DNA from: a virus
Virus record (IMG/VR): IMGVR_UViG_3300009428_000006
Span: 11,238 to 75,237 of that record
Strand: one strand, 5' to 3'
DNA: 64,000 bases
Below the pieces are notes generated by a model, which did no database searches, was not told the DNA's origin, and worked only from the letters and a program-made list of their open reading frames with translations. This document shows, one piece after another, positions 21,561 to 32,502 of this stretch. Every line of letters starts with the position of its first letter. Position 1 is the stretch's first letter. The position numbers and the translations under genes are program-made.

Positions 21561-22133
21561 GTGAGCTTAATTACTCATAGAGCAAAAGAGGATCTAGGTG
21601 GATTGGTCTACCTACTTACAATTGATATGCGGGATGTGACTGAAGATCCGACACATGTCTTGAGATTGGTAAATAATTATGGAGAGAATGGAGAGGGTGT
21701 TACTTTCCAAACTAACAAGTACACACCTTACCCTTATGAACTAAAGCAGGTTAAGAGATCAGCATCTTCAAACACCAATAATGCTAAAATATCATTATCA
21801 GATAATGAGGGACTTACTATTTCTAGGTTTATAGATAAAGTAGGGGGCGATCTGCAAGGGGCAAAAGTGACAGAATTAAAAGTCTACGGAGTATTCTTAG
21901 ACACATCTCCTGATGCAAACCCCTTGGCCTATGTAAAGAGGCTTGATCACATTGTTGATTACGTAGAGGATTCAGACACAATAGGGGAGGTAGTTTTAAA
22001 CACGGTAGATCCTCTTTCTAAAGATGTGGATGTGCCTACTATTTCCTTTACAGCAGGGCTTCCTAATGGGAGTGTCTCGGCTATTAATATTTTCCCTGCA
22101 GTAAACAGGAACATTTCACAAGAGAGAGGATAA
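21561..22133 (+). CDS. minor tail protein (gpL-like)
   Basis: GVTFQTNKYTPYPYE, DLQGAKVT..VYGVFLD and terminal FPAV. Confidence 0.7.
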   Translation: MSLITHRAKEDLGGLVYLLTIDMRDVTEDPTHVLRLVNNYGENGEGVTFQTNKYTPYPYELKQVKRSASSNTNNAKISLSDNEGLTISRFIDKVGGDLQGAKVTELKVYGVFLDTSPDANPLAYVKRLDHIVDYVEDSDTIGEVVLNTVDPLSKDVDVPTISFTAGLPNGSVSAINIFPAVNRNISQERG

Positions 22134-22134
22134 T

Positions 22135-22449
22135 ATGTACGGATGTGAAGAAGATATAAAGAAGGAAGCTGTAAACAGATTTCCAGAGGAAATGGTGGGG
22201 TACATAAAGAATGGAAAATTCCATGCATTAAAGAACATTTCAACAGATCCTCGGAAAAGATATCAACTTTCAGTTGCAGATAAATTACTGGTCTTAAATA
22301 ATAAAGTAGAGTATCTGGTGCATTCACATCCTAACATGGACCAGCACCCTAGTCAATTAGACTTACAATCACAAAGATCCACGGGAATCCCTTTCCTAAT
22401 TATAGGGACAGATGGAAAAAATGTAACAACTATAAAGGAGGTATCATGA
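22135..22449 (+). CDS. tail assembly protein, JAB/Mov34 domain (gpK-like)
   Basis: FPEEMVG..HSHP..PSQLD JAMM motif. Confidence 0.85.
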   Translation: MYGCEEDIKKEAVNRFPEEMVGYIKNGKFHALKNISTDPRKRYQLSVADKLLVLNNKVEYLVHSHPNMDQHPSQLDLQSQRSTGIPFLIIGTDGKNVTTIKEVS

Positions 22450-22952
22450 AAAGGCACCCTAGGAAAAGAGTAGTACAGTTTCATGGTATTTACCAAGAAA
22501 AGTATCAAGTTGCTCCTCTGGAAGTATATGCAGACAGTATGTTCAACCTTTTAAGCATTGTTTTTAAAAGTGCATACCCTGAGCTTCTGAAAGAGAAAGG
22601 TTTAAGAATTGCTTTTGAAAATAAAGAAGGTGAACTTACGGAGCTTTTCGATCCTGAACAAGAGTTACCAGATGAGCAAAGGACAATCCACATTTACCCT
22701 GATCCTGAAGGAGCAGAAATACTTACAGTAATAGCCATTGTTATATCTGTAATTTCAATAGGACTTTCCTTCCTACTTGCTCCTAAAATAAACACAGACC
22801 AAGATACAACATCAGGGTCTAACTGGTCTACACCTGAAAATGTTGTAGGTCAAGGTGGCGCAATGCCTGTCATTCTAGGAGAACGAAGAACGGGCAGCAG
22901 GGTTGCATCTTTTGGTATAGATTCAGAAATTTATAGGAGCAGATCTTCATGA
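22446..22952 (+). CDS. tail assembly protein (gpI-like)
   Basis: Hydrophobic segment followed by NVVGQGGAMPVILGERRTGSRVAS. Confidence 0.8.
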   Translation: MKRHPRKRVVQFHGIYQEKYQVAPLEVYADSMFNLLSIVFKSAYPELLKEKGLRIAFENKEGELTELFDPEQELPDEQRTIHIYPDPEGAEILTVIAIVISVISIGLSFLLAPKINTDQDTTSGSNWSTPENVVGQGGAMPVILGERRTGSRVASFGIDSEIYRSRSS

Positions 22953-25900
22953 TAGATAATAAAAAACCTGTGAGGTCTTTAGAGCAAAAAACAACTAATA
23001 CAGGGTTTGACAAACCATCTCTTTATGGTGGTTCAGGACTAATAACCTACGGAAGTGATAGTAATGCAAACTTTGTAGATGTAGTTTCTGTAGGCCCAAT
23101 TGAATCTATTGACGAAATGTATATTAATGATGTTAATTTAGATACAGGAGAGTTCCCAAACACAGAGATCTTTGTTCACACAGGAGACAGTGCAACAACA
23201 GCGTTTGATGGCAATTTCCCTTACGTGGAGAGAACGTATACACTAGGCAAACAAGCAGAGATCGTAGAAGGGGATAAGGGAAAGGTTTCTACCACCACAT
23301 TTACCCGATCAGTAAGTGGGGTAGGTGTTTCTGGTGTTCGTATTAATTTTAACACATCTCAATTTGTCCACAGAGACAAAGAGAACAGACGCAAGACAGC
23401 AGAGGCTGATTTCACTGTGTACCTCCTAGATGAGGAAGGTAATCGTATTAAATCCTCTAAGGTTGCCAATTCTAAATACTATGCCTCTAATCCTACATCA
23501 GTGGGTTGTACAATCCTTGCCAGAGAAGAGGATGTGAAGAGAGTCTGGGAATATGAAGTGGAGATGAAGATCCGTGTCAACTTTTATGGAACTACAGTTT
23601 CTGGAACATGGTCTGCTTCTACTATTACAGAGCTTTACAAAGAGACGCAATCTTATGAGAATGTAGCTATGGTAAGTGGCAATGTTGTCGCTAGAGACCT
23701 CTCAGGAAGTTCTCCAAAGAGGGAGTATTTGGTAAAAGGCTATAAGGTAGATGTTCCTGTATATATAGGAGAGAACAATCTCTTTCTAGGAGAATTCACC
23801 AAGGCAGTTTCATATAGCCATGCTTGGAATGCAATGGCCGTACTCGTAGATGAGAAGTGGGGAGCTGGACTACCCATAGACAAGATAAACGTAACCAGTT
23901 TTGTAGAGTTTGATAAATACATTTCTGAGATAATGGCTGATGGTAGTAAGAGATACAGCCATAGTCAAGAACTCCTGAAGTCAGATAGCTACTTCAGGAT
24001 TGCTTCTCAAATTGTTGGCGCTGCAGATGGTAAACTATATGAAGACACAAGTGGAAGGGTTGCTGTCTCAATAGACAGACAAACAGATAAAAGACGAGTC
24101 ATTACATCTTATGATATTCTTAATGAGAAAGTTAAAAAGACAACCGTCCCAGAGAAAAAGAAAACCAACTATGTAGAGGCAGAGTTTTCTGATAAAACCA
24201 ATAACTACCAGACAACGATTGTTTCTGTACAAGATGACGGTGCCATTGTTAAGAATGGATTAGTTCAAGAGAAGCTGCAATTAATAACCTGTAGTGACCC
24301 TCTAGAAGCAGACAGAACAATCAAAAAGGTACTTGTTAACTCACAAATTGCTGTAGCTTCTTATGCCTTCTCAGTAGGCCACACGCATGAAGATATCCAA
24401 ATCGGAGAGGTTGTAGAGTTATATGATCGAATTTACTCAAGATCTAACTATTGTGGAAAGACAAGAGAGGGAAGTACCAATACGAGAATAGAGATAGATC
24501 CTAGAACACCTATCAATATAGAGGGTATAACTAATCCTAAAATAGTTTTTGACAATAACCGAGAAGAGCCTATTGAGGTTGATATTTCAGAGTGGACAGA
24601 TTCTTACATCATCCTTTCAACCCCCTTGGAAGAAGCTCCACTCTCCTTCACATCTTTTGGTGTAAAAAGTGGAGACACCTTAGGGTTAAAACCTGTACTT
24701 ATAAAAGTGCTAGGGATCACCAACAACCAAGGTGTTATTCAAGCAGAGGGTGTTGATTACAATGATTCTATATTTTCTCACATAGAGGAGGGCACAGATC
24801 TCTTAGTCCCTGTTACTCGAATACTTCCAGATCTCCAAGAGGACATCCAAGGACTCTCTCTCACAAAGATTACGGCAGGTATCTCTGCAAACTGGGATGA
24901 TGCAGAAGAAGGTACATATGTTTATTTCTGGAAGAAGTTTACAGGAGATACGGAGAGAGATCCTAATAACACAGGCATCTTAGTTACAAGTGGTCAAACA
25001 AGTTTGTCAAACAATACGTTACCGCTACCATTAGAACCTGCCAGATATGAGTTTTCTGTGTATATATTAAACGAGTTGACAGGTGAAAGCAGTTCAACAA
25101 AAAGTGTGAGTATTAATCTGGATATAACAGATTCTGCCACATCTTCAATCCCTCAGCCAACAAACTTTGATACAGAGAATGGCCAAGGTACTTATGAAGG
25201 GAGCGGATTCACACTAAAATGGGATCAACAAGTTGGAACAGAATCCCCTTATCTAATGGGTTATATCCTCCGTATAACGCAGGGTGGAGACACTTTAGAA
25301 TATAGACTAACAAGTGACTATAGATCTTATCAAGTAACGTCACAGGCGCTTACAGAAGCATTTGGTGAGAATTATTCTAGAAGTTTCACAGCAAGACTTA
25401 TTGCATATGATGATACATTAGCATCTGCACCAACTGTTACAAGAATAGTCAACAATGCTGCACCTTTGTCTCCAGAGATAACTGTAAGAGTTACAGGAGA
25501 TATTTTATTATCTTCTAATAGTGGCATACCCGAAGATGCAATAGGCTCTATTGTTTATGTCTGGGAAAGTTCAGACATAAATTCAGTTAGACCCTCTACA
25601 GCATTAGTATTCCGCAGTAACCAAGTTGCGGAAATAGATCTGCCTAATGACACCTTAATATATGATAACAGAGATTATGTGTTTGAGGCAGCTTGGATTG
25701 ATGGTTTTGGAGAAACAGAAACTAACTATGGAAGAGCCCAAATAGCATTTGGCCCTGATGTACTTATACCTGAGCCAATGACCTTAGTAAGAGCCAATGC
25801 CTACTCTATCACAGGTATTCAAGTAGAGTTTGAACACGATGGTGTTTGGCTGGAAAAGATGAAAGTCTATTACAGAAAAACCAGCGAGTCAGGAGAGTTC

Positions 25901-28900
25901 CTACTAGATGACAGTTACCTTTTTGAAGGGGATGTACGAGTAAGCTATGATGAAGGGACTCAGTCAGGTACTTTTATTATCGAAGGGCTGGACTATAACA
26001 GTGAGTATGAAATATACACCACAGTTTCCAATATATCTAGTGCAGATTCAGAGGCATCAGGGACAGTTGTAGGTATTACAATTCCTTACGCTAACGTGGA
26101 AGATATTAGAAATGATATTCTTGAGGTTAGGGATGATATTCTTGATGTAAGAGATCAGGTAGATGGTGAATTAAAGCCACAGTTGAACCTTGAGACTTTA
26201 AGAAGAGAGGAAAGCGATAGAGAGCTTTTCAATACCACTGCTTCACTTGCTGAGTTCAGAAGAAACAGTAATAGTGAATTCAATACACTCAGAGACGCTA
26301 CATTTGAAGTGAATCCCGAAACAGGTACAATAGAGCTGAGAGCATATAACTATGCAGATACTCAATTTACCCAAGCGGGTATTTTAATTGATGGTGTAGA
26401 TGCAAAGGTCAGTATTAATGCTGGAAAGATTATAGATCTGGGTACTTCTGTTCAAGACGCGAATGCAAGTATAGATGTACTTGCAGGTCAGGTAGAAATA
26501 AAGGCAAGCTATACAGAGATGACAGAATATGTAAATGGAGCATTGGATGCAATCATTCCTGCATATTCTTTTGGATTCTTCAACAGCTCAGAAGGCTGGT
26601 CGGCTGTGAATGGAACTATCACCCAAGGAAATAGCTTTATAAGCACAACTTGGGGCGATATAGAGAATCAAATGCTCAACTATTCAGCAGATGATAATCC
26701 TATTATTACCCTCACAACAAAGAGACTATCAGGAAGTGGTTTCACAGGTAACTTAGTTGTAACGTTTGATGGAGGTGCCACAGAGACATACACAGCAGCT
26801 TTATCACAAGGGACTGTGGGAGTAACAAATGTTCAGAACTTGAACCTGACAGAAGATGCAACTTACACTGGAACAGTAACAGGTCTGAGAATCATCTTAG
26901 GAGAATCTTCTTCTGATGAGTTTGAAGTATCAAGTATAACAATAGGAAAACCCTCTGCTCAACTAGAAGCTCTAGATGGAGTAACCGCACAGGTAAATCA
27001 GTTAGGTATAGACGTGGACGCTATTGAAGGTCAACTGACTAGTTTTGTCACTACTGCCTTTTATGATGAGAACTCGGTAACACTTAACAATGTAACTCAA
27101 GTACTAGATGGTGAGGAAGCTATAATCTCTTTGAGAGCAACCCAGCAAGAGCTTGATAATGAAGGGACGATCACTAAAGCAAACAGCGCGTCTCTCTGGG
27201 TAGATGGAGCAAATGCAACCATACGCTCTAATGTGGTTAGTTTCAATGCAGAAGAGGGTGGAATTGATGATCAGATCGAGGGTCTCATTGGAGGATTGAA
27301 CACAGTTCAACAGGAACTCAGCACAATAGATGGTGCTAAGGTTCGATCTAACTTGGTAAGTATAAACAGACTAGATACAAAATCTAAAGACTTAGAAGAG
27401 CTACAGTTTTATACAGAACTGAAGATACTTGATCAGAAGAACAGGGATCTCGAATTAGGAGACTCAGTTGCAATAGTAGATACTCAACTAAAAGCACTCT
27501 CTACAGATCAAGGGGCACTCTCTCAAGAGATACTGGAACTAACTGCAGCATCTGGGACCATTGAAGGGCAGGTAACGGCGAACTCTACAAGAATACAACA
27601 AGCAGAGACAGACATTGAAGGTAATGCATCAGCACTAGCAGCACTCTCGACTAAGGTAGAGAATGTTGATGGAGATTTGTCACAAGCAGAACTTCTCCTA
27701 TATTCTGAGACAAACGGATTAGGTGTTGTTTCAAGCAGGGCATATCTCGGTGTTAGTGAGACGGTTGATGGAAAGACTACGGTTACAGGTATCACTGCAG
27801 ATTCCTCTACAAATGGATTACGATTCCAAGGTGATGTGGTTCAATTTGATGACTCCTCTGGTAATCCTGCCTTGCAATACAGGGCAGATTTGAACAAGTG
27901 GGTATTTACGGGTAACGTTGTTGTAGGTGGATATACTGTTGAATCAGAAGATGATATACGTGCTTTAGATGGAGACACTATCTATGAGGTCTATCAATAT
28001 TCTGTAGACGGAAGTACTGCATGGCATGACGATTACACCACAGGTGATCTTTTCAGACGTACAGCTACTGTTACAAATGGTGTTCTTGGTGCTTGGAGGG
28101 ATGTATCTCGTATTACAGGAAGAACTCCTGCGATAAGCACTAACCCAGATGGATCGGTAACTATTTCTAATGGTACAGAAGAAGCCACAATATATGATGG
28201 TGAAAATGCACCTATCCCTACGATAACAGATAATGGTGATGGTACTTACACTATTAACAACGGTGCTGGTGATGTTGTTACCATAAGTGATGGAGAAACC
28301 CCTGTTAAAGGTGTGGATTATTTTGATGGCTTAGATGGTAGTTTTGTAAGTAATATATTTATAACTTCTTCTACAGGTGCTCCTGCTACCCCTACGGGAG
28401 GTACATTCGATGGCACAACAGAGACATTCCCTACGGGATGGCAAGACACACCTTATTTTGTAGAAGGTGATATCACTTATATTTCAACAACAAGATATTC
28501 TCAGCAAAGTAATGGTAGTTGGATCAAAAGTGGGTGGTCCAATCCTGCTGAATATATTATCAAAGGTGAAGACGGGGCTGATGGGAAAGATGCTTTAGCT
28601 AACCTAATAAACCCAGCAGACGAATGGGTGGTTGGCACTAGTGGCTCTCAGGGTGAGTTTATACAGTACGGCTCAGAGTTTAATAATAAAGTTGTTAATA
28701 TAGAAGGTCCAGAAGGAGTTGTAGAACCTGTTTGGGTGAGTGAAGGTACACAAAGTGCAGCAGCAGGTGGTTGGTCTAAGACTATTTCAGGTGATCCAAC
28801 AAAATCTTATAGGTTTTCTGTTTGGGCTTATAGAAGGTCAGAATCTGATAGTCGATTATATTTTGGTTGTCAGGGCGCTTTGAACCTAGACTTATCTGCT

Positions 28901-30091
28901 AATAACAACCCCTACTTTAACAGTGATGTTGGTTTACCAGAGGGGTACAAGTGGTATCTTTTAGTGGGTATTGTCCACGGCAATAATGGGAGTGCTGCAC
29001 CGAACACTGATACATCAGGCGTTTATGACCCAGAATCAGGAGCTAGGATACAAGGTTTTTCTGAATTTGTAAATGATACTTCTACTCCAACCTTGCTTCA
29101 TAGGGTTTACCGAAGAGAAGCTGCAAACTACTATGATACGCGTTTTGCTCGTCCTAGAATAGATTTAATAGATGGTAATGAGCCGAGTATTGCAGAATTA
29201 ATAGGAAGGACCCCTTTAGATGGTCAATCAGGTGCTGGGTTCTACGGTTCAACTTACTCATCAATATCATGGACAACATCAACAGCTAACAGCCGATTCT
29301 CTGCGTTAGTAGGTCGTAGTCCTGTTAATCTAGATATATTCACGCAAACTCGTATAGATGGCACAGACTCACAAGCTAGACAGTACAACGGTAACTCATG
29401 GGTAAGTGTAGCTTTACAAGTGAATGGGTCTATTGTTGCAAGTGGTACTATTGCTGGCGACAGATTAATAGCTGGTACAGAGATTAATGCCCCTCGCATA
29501 GTTGGCGGTGATGTTATAGGTAGTAAGGTTGCCACAGCGGAAGGTACAACCTCACGCACTGAGATTGAAGATGATGGAACATATATGATATGGACAGGAA
29601 GTGGCACCAAGACCGATAGCAATGCGACATTCTTTGTAAAAAAAGATGGTACTGGTTTTGTTAGTGGTAGTTTTTTTGCTGGACAAATAATTGAGACTAA
29701 ATTCAATCAAGGTACTGATAGTGTATCCGTGATTCATAATAGTGCAGGCAACCAAGTTGAGATTACTATTAGTAGTAACGGTAGTGGTACTGTTATAGCC
29801 AATAACTCACCATCACCTGTCGGGGCAAGCACGTATACACTACCTTACACGGTAAAAAGAGGCTCGACTACTTTAGAGGCTGGTAATGTAATTGTCACTA
29901 GGGTTGTCGAGTATGATGCGCCAGAGGGCGAGTACACAACAAGGGACTATTATAACTTTAGCACAACGGTAGTTGATAATGGTACAGCTAGCGCGGCTTA
30001 CACGTATAGTGTTGTTATAGGGACTATACCTTTAAGTACGGCAACGGAAAAAACTAGCATAAGAAGTTATGAGGATTTACTTACATCTTAA
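22949..30091 (+). CDS. central tail fibre / host specificity protein (gpJ-like)
   Basis: 2380 aa; VSVGPIE start, FNIII-like domains, coiled coil and C-terminal beta-rich domains. Confidence 0.88.
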   Translation: MIDNKKPVRSLEQKTTNTGFDKPSLYGGSGLITYGSDSNANFVDVVSVGPIESIDEMYINDVNLDTGEFPNTEIFVHTGDSATTAFDGNFPYVERTYTLGKQAEIVEGDKGKVSTTTFTRSVSGVGVSGVRINFNTSQFVHRDKENRRKTAEADFTVYLLDEEGNRIKSSKVANSKYYASNPTSVGCTILAREEDVKRVWEYEVEMKIRVNFYGTTVSGTWSASTITELYKETQSYENVAMVSGNVVARDLSGSSPKREYLVKGYKVDVPVYIGENNLFLGEFTKAVSYSHAWNAMAVLVDEKWGAGLPIDKINVTSFVEFDKYISEIMADGSKRYSHSQELLKSDSYFRIASQIVGAADGKLYEDTSGRVAVSIDRQTDKRRVITSYDILNEKVKKTTVPEKKKTNYVEAEFSDKTNNYQTTIVSVQDDGAIVKNGLVQEKLQLITCSDPLEADRTIKKVLVNSQIAVASYAFSVGHTHEDIQIGEVVELYDRIYSRSNYCGKTREGSTNTRIEIDPRTPINIEGITNPKIVFDNNREEPIEVDISEWTDSYIILSTPLEEAPLSFTSFGVKSGDTLGLKPVLIKVLGITNNQGVIQAEGVDYNDSIFSHIEEGTDLLVPVTRILPDLQEDIQGLSLTKITAGISANWDDAEEGTYVYFWKKFTGDTERDPNNTGILVTSGQTSLSNNTLPLPLEPARYEFSVYILNELTGESSSTKSVSINLDITDSATSSIPQPTNFDTENGQGTYEGSGFTLKWDQQVGTESPYLMGYILRITQGGDTLEYRLTSDYRSYQVTSQALTEAFGENYSRSFTARLIAYDDTLASAPTVTRIVNNAAPLSPEITVRVTGDILLSSNSGIPEDAIGSIVYVWESSDINSVRPSTALVFRSNQVAEIDLPNDTLIYDNRDYVFEAAWIDGFGETETNYGRAQIAFGPDVLIPEPMTLVRANAYSITGIQVEFEHDGVWLEKMKVYYRKTSESGEFLLDDSYLFEGDVRVSYDEGTQSGTFIIEGLDYNSEYEIYTTVSNISSADSEASGTVVGITIPYANVEDIRNDILEVRDDILDVRDQVDGELKPQLNLETLRREESDRELFNTTASLAEFRRNSNSEFNTLRDATFEVNPETGTIELRAYNYADTQFTQAGILIDGVDAKVSINAGKIIDLGTSVQDANASIDVLAGQVEIKASYTEMTEYVNGALDAIIPAYSFGFFNSSEGWSAVNGTITQGNSFISTTWGDIENQMLNYSADDNPIITLTTKRLSGSGFTGNLVVTFDGGATETYTAALSQGTVGVTNVQNLNLTEDATYTGTVTGLRIILGESSSDEFEVSSITIGKPSAQLEALDGVTAQVNQLGIDVDAIEGQLTSFVTTAFYDENSVTLNNVTQVLDGEEAIISLRATQQELDNEGTITKANSASLWVDGANATIRSNVVSFNAEEGGIDDQIEGLIGGLNTVQQELSTIDGAKVRSNLVSINRLDTKSKDLEELQFYTELKILDQKNRDLELGDSVAIVDTQLKALSTDQGALSQEILELTAASGTIEGQVTANSTRIQQAETDIEGNASALAALSTKVENVDGDLSQAELLLYSETNGLGVVSSRAYLGVSETVDGKTTVTGITADSSTNGLRFQGDVVQFDDSSGNPALQYRADLNKWVFTGNVVVGGYTVESEDDIRALDGDTIYEVYQYSVDGSTAWHDDYTTGDLFRRTATVTNGVLGAWRDVSRITGRTPAISTNPDGSVTISNGTEEATIYDGENAPIPTITDNGDGTYTINNGAGDVVTISDGETPVKGVDYFDGLDGSFVSNIFITSSTGAPATPTGGTFDGTTETFPTGWQDTPYFVEGDITYISTTRYSQQSNGSWIKSGWSNPAEYIIKGEDGADGKDALANLINPADEWVVGTSGSQGEFIQYGSEFNNKVVNIEGPEGVVEPVWVSEGTQSAAAGGWSKTISGDPTKSYRFSVWAYRRSESDSRLYFGCQGALNLDLSANNNPYFNSDVGLPEGYKWYLLVGIVHGNNGSAAPNTDTSGVYDPESGARIQGFSEFVNDTSTPTLLHRVYRREAANYYDTRFARPRIDLIDGNEPSIAELIGRTPLDGQSGAGFYGSTYSSISWTTSTANSRFSALVGRSPVNLDIFTQTRIDGTDSQARQYNGNSWVSVALQVNGSIVASGTIAGDRLIAGTEINAPRIVGGDVIGSKVATAEGTTSRTEIEDDGTYMIWTGSGTKTDSNATFFVKKDGTGFVSGSFFAGQIIETKFNQGTDSVSVIHNSAGNQVEITISSNGSGTVIANNSPSPVGASTYTLPYTVKRGSTTLEAGNVIVTRVVEYDAPEGEYTTRDYYNFSTTVVDNGTASAAYTYSVVIGTIPLSTATEKTSIRSYEDLLTS

Positions 30092-30142
30092 CCAATATTG
30101 TGCTATAACAGTATTTCAATAATATATTCAGGAGATTAAAGT

Positions 30143-30463
30143 ATGAAAAATTTATCGTTAGCTGTTATTTTTTCCTCAGCAATACTGACTGGATGCCAAT
30201 CCACCTTTATAGAAAAAGAGTTTAACAAAGAGGATCAGTGACAAAAGGTTAAAGTTATTAGGACGGAGGCGAGTCAATTTTCAAGAAAAGAAGGCTTTAA
30301 AAGGAAAGGTAAAGCAGGGGAAGCTAAATACTATTTAAATGACCCAGAAAATGAGTGTAGGCTAAACATAATGTCTAAAGGTAAAATAAATCTGGATGGT
30401 AAATATGCACTAACATTGGGCCATGAACTTATGCACTGCCTTTATGGTGATTATCACAAGTAA
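30143..30463 (+). pseudogene. lipoprotein with HExxH motif, interrupted by in-frame TGA (30239-30241)
   Basis: AGGAG RBS; MKNLSLAVIFSSAILTG|C lipobox; the frame continues past TGA to ...TLGHELMHCLYGDYHK*; not in the ORF track. Confidence 0.75.
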
Positions 30464-30516
30464 ACAAATGCACAAGGAAGTGTATACTTTAACTAAACAA
30501 AGAGGAGAACAAATTT

Positions 30517-31581
30517 ATGTGGTATACAGCTACATCAGCATCAGTCACAAATGGCTCAGATGTTGTAACAATAACAACTGGAGATGATATTTCCATTGTT
30601 CAAGAAAAATCAGGATTGGTCTTTGAGGACTCTAGTCCTGTTGAAGTACTAAAGGCATATATAGATACAGGGAGCAATAAGGTAATACAGCTAGCAAAGC
30701 CATGGCCTTACTCGACAAAAACAAACCAACCACTAGTAGCCTACCCTACAGATGCAAGTTTTGCAGAAGCTACAGCAGAGTTAAGACGTGTTATAGATAC
30801 ATTATCAGTTGCTAGCACAGTTGAAGCGCAAGAAGGTGCTGATGACGAAAAGATAATGACACCTTTGAAAACTAAGCAAGCTATTGACTTTAACACAGGC
30901 ACAGCGGCTAGCAAGAATATTGTAACAAGCACTACAGATACAACAGCAGGAAGGTTGCTTACTGTTGGGTATGGTGGCTGGGGTTCAGAAAATGCAGGGC
31001 CAAGCGTAGGCGTTGATTTTGGTGATGTTAGGCTTCCTATGATGGTAATTCCTGTTGAAATTTCAGAATCTACAGGAGATTTGCCAGAAAGTAGCGGCTT
31101 TGGCACCCTGCTTCCAATTGCAGGTGTTCAAAATAGCACATCACACCAATGGTACTTTTCTAGATCTTCTTCAGAGTTGAATAAGATACTGTTTAGAACA
31201 AAAAGATCAACCGCAACCCCTTATGAAGATTGGGTTGAAATGTACCACAGCGGAAACACTAATTTTAATGAATTTGGTGGTGACGGCGGTGATGATTGGA
31301 TAGCTCACGGATGGACTAGGAGTTCGGTAAACTGCTACATTGTACTACCTATAAACTCAAAAACATCACCTACAAGTATTACCGTTGAGGGCACTTTTAA
31401 GATAATAAGCCGCGCTGGAAACTCTGTTATATCATCTGGTATAAGCGATATTATTATGCGACCACAGTCAAGCAATAAAGCTGTATTCTTGCAGGTAAAC
31501 CCATTAGACAGTGTTCCTGTTGATGAACCAATTATACTTTCTACAGATAGCTCGGATGCAAAAATAACGGTGAACTTCTAA
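30517..31581 (+). CDS. side tail fibre protein
   Basis: MWYTATSASVTNGS N-terminus; TSTTDTTAGRLLTVGYGG and WVEMYHSGN fibre motifs. Confidence 0.82.
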   Translation: MWYTATSASVTNGSDVVTITTGDDISIVQEKSGLVFEDSSPVEVLKAYIDTGSNKVIQLAKPWPYSTKTNQPLVAYPTDASFAEATAELRRVIDTLSVASTVEAQEGADDEKIMTPLKTKQAIDFNTGTAASKNIVTSTTDTTAGRLLTVGYGGWGSENAGPSVGVDFGDVRLPMMVIPVEISESTGDLPESSGFGTLLPIAGVQNSTSHQWYFSRSSSELNKILFRTKRSTATPYEDWVEMYHSGNTNFNEFGGDGGDDWIAHGWTRSSVNCYIVLPINSKTSPTSITVEGTFKIISRAGNSVISSGISDIIMRPQSSNKAVFLQVNPLDSVPVDEPIILSTDSSDAKITVNF

Positions 31582-32087
31582 TGCTAAAATTCATAAATGA
31601 TAACGACTTTTTGCTAGTCGATAAATACAAGCAAAACGATGACGGCTCGGTAGGTTGGTCTTTTAAAGATGGTGATACAACTCATAGCGGCTTTTTACGT
31701 GAAGGTATGACGCGTGTTGATGGTGAGGATACTGTTGATATTTGGTCTAAATTTCAGACTCAATTATCAAAAGGTAAAATTACTGTCGAAGGTGATACAG
31801 ACGAAGAAATTGCATCGCGTGAAATTGAGCTGTTTAAAGCTAGCCGTCAATCACAATTAGATGCAGCAATTGTCACAACATCAACAGGTAAAAACTTCGA
31901 TGCTAATGAGAAAAGCATTCTACGCTTGCACAACGCTGTGACTTATATTAAAGAGCACAGTGTAGAATCAATCCCTTGGTCAACAGCGGATGTGGGAAGT
32001 GGTGTAATGGTTGAATGTACAGCAGCAGAGATGATTGAAGCTCATAAATTAGCTGTTGAGAATATGACAGATATTTGGTCTAAATAA
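31581..32087 (+). CDS. tail fibre assembly protein (DUF4376-like)
   Basis: FKASRQ..FDANEKSILRL..WSTAD. Confidence 0.7.
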   Translation: MLKFINDNDFLLVDKYKQNDDGSVGWSFKDGDTTHSGFLREGMTRVDGEDTVDIWSKFQTQLSKGKITVEGDTDEEIASREIELFKASRQSQLDAAIVTTSTGKNFDANEKSILRLHNAVTYIKEHSVESIPWSTADVGSGVMVECTAAEMIEAHKLAVENMTDIWSK

Positions 32088-32099
32088 TAGGAGTATAGA

Positions 32100-32492
32100 A
32101 TGTCTAACAATATCGTATCTAAGTATACAAAGATATATGAAGTAGGTGATATGGATCCAGCAGCTATGACTGTTGACTCTAGTCTTCCAAATATAACAAT
32201 AACAACACAACCACTGAATGTTTCAGCAGGTGACACAGGACCCATAGAGAGCGATCCTAATGCACTTTTGACTAAAGAGAATGCAGTGGCTAAGGGCTTA
32301 ATGACAGGCACTGTGAGCTTGGCTGCAAGTCCTCTAGGAACGTTTGAATTCTATGATCTTCCAGATGGAGAGATAGACTTAGCAGGTCCCAGCTTTATCA
32401 CAACAGATATTTTAATGTCAACACTAAAACCTACATTTAATACTATCACTGGATCTACTCATATAGCAATTACAATTGTGGGGAGATCATAA
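32100..32492 (+). CDS. hypothetical virion protein
   Basis: ORF with RBS. Confidence 0.65.
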   Translation: MSNNIVSKYTKIYEVGDMDPAAMTVDSSLPNITITTQPLNVSAGDTGPIESDPNALLTKENAVAKGLMTGTVSLAASPLGTFEFYDLPDGEIDLAGPSFITTDILMSTLKPTFNTITGSTHIAITIVGRS

Positions 32493-32502
32493 GGAGATAT
32501 GT

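Noticed and set aside
22949-31581. Repeated HxH iron-binding motifs in the tail fibres (iron-mimicry idea)
   Set aside because: Only one isolated HTH tripeptide was seen in gpJ; there is no repeated HxH pattern.
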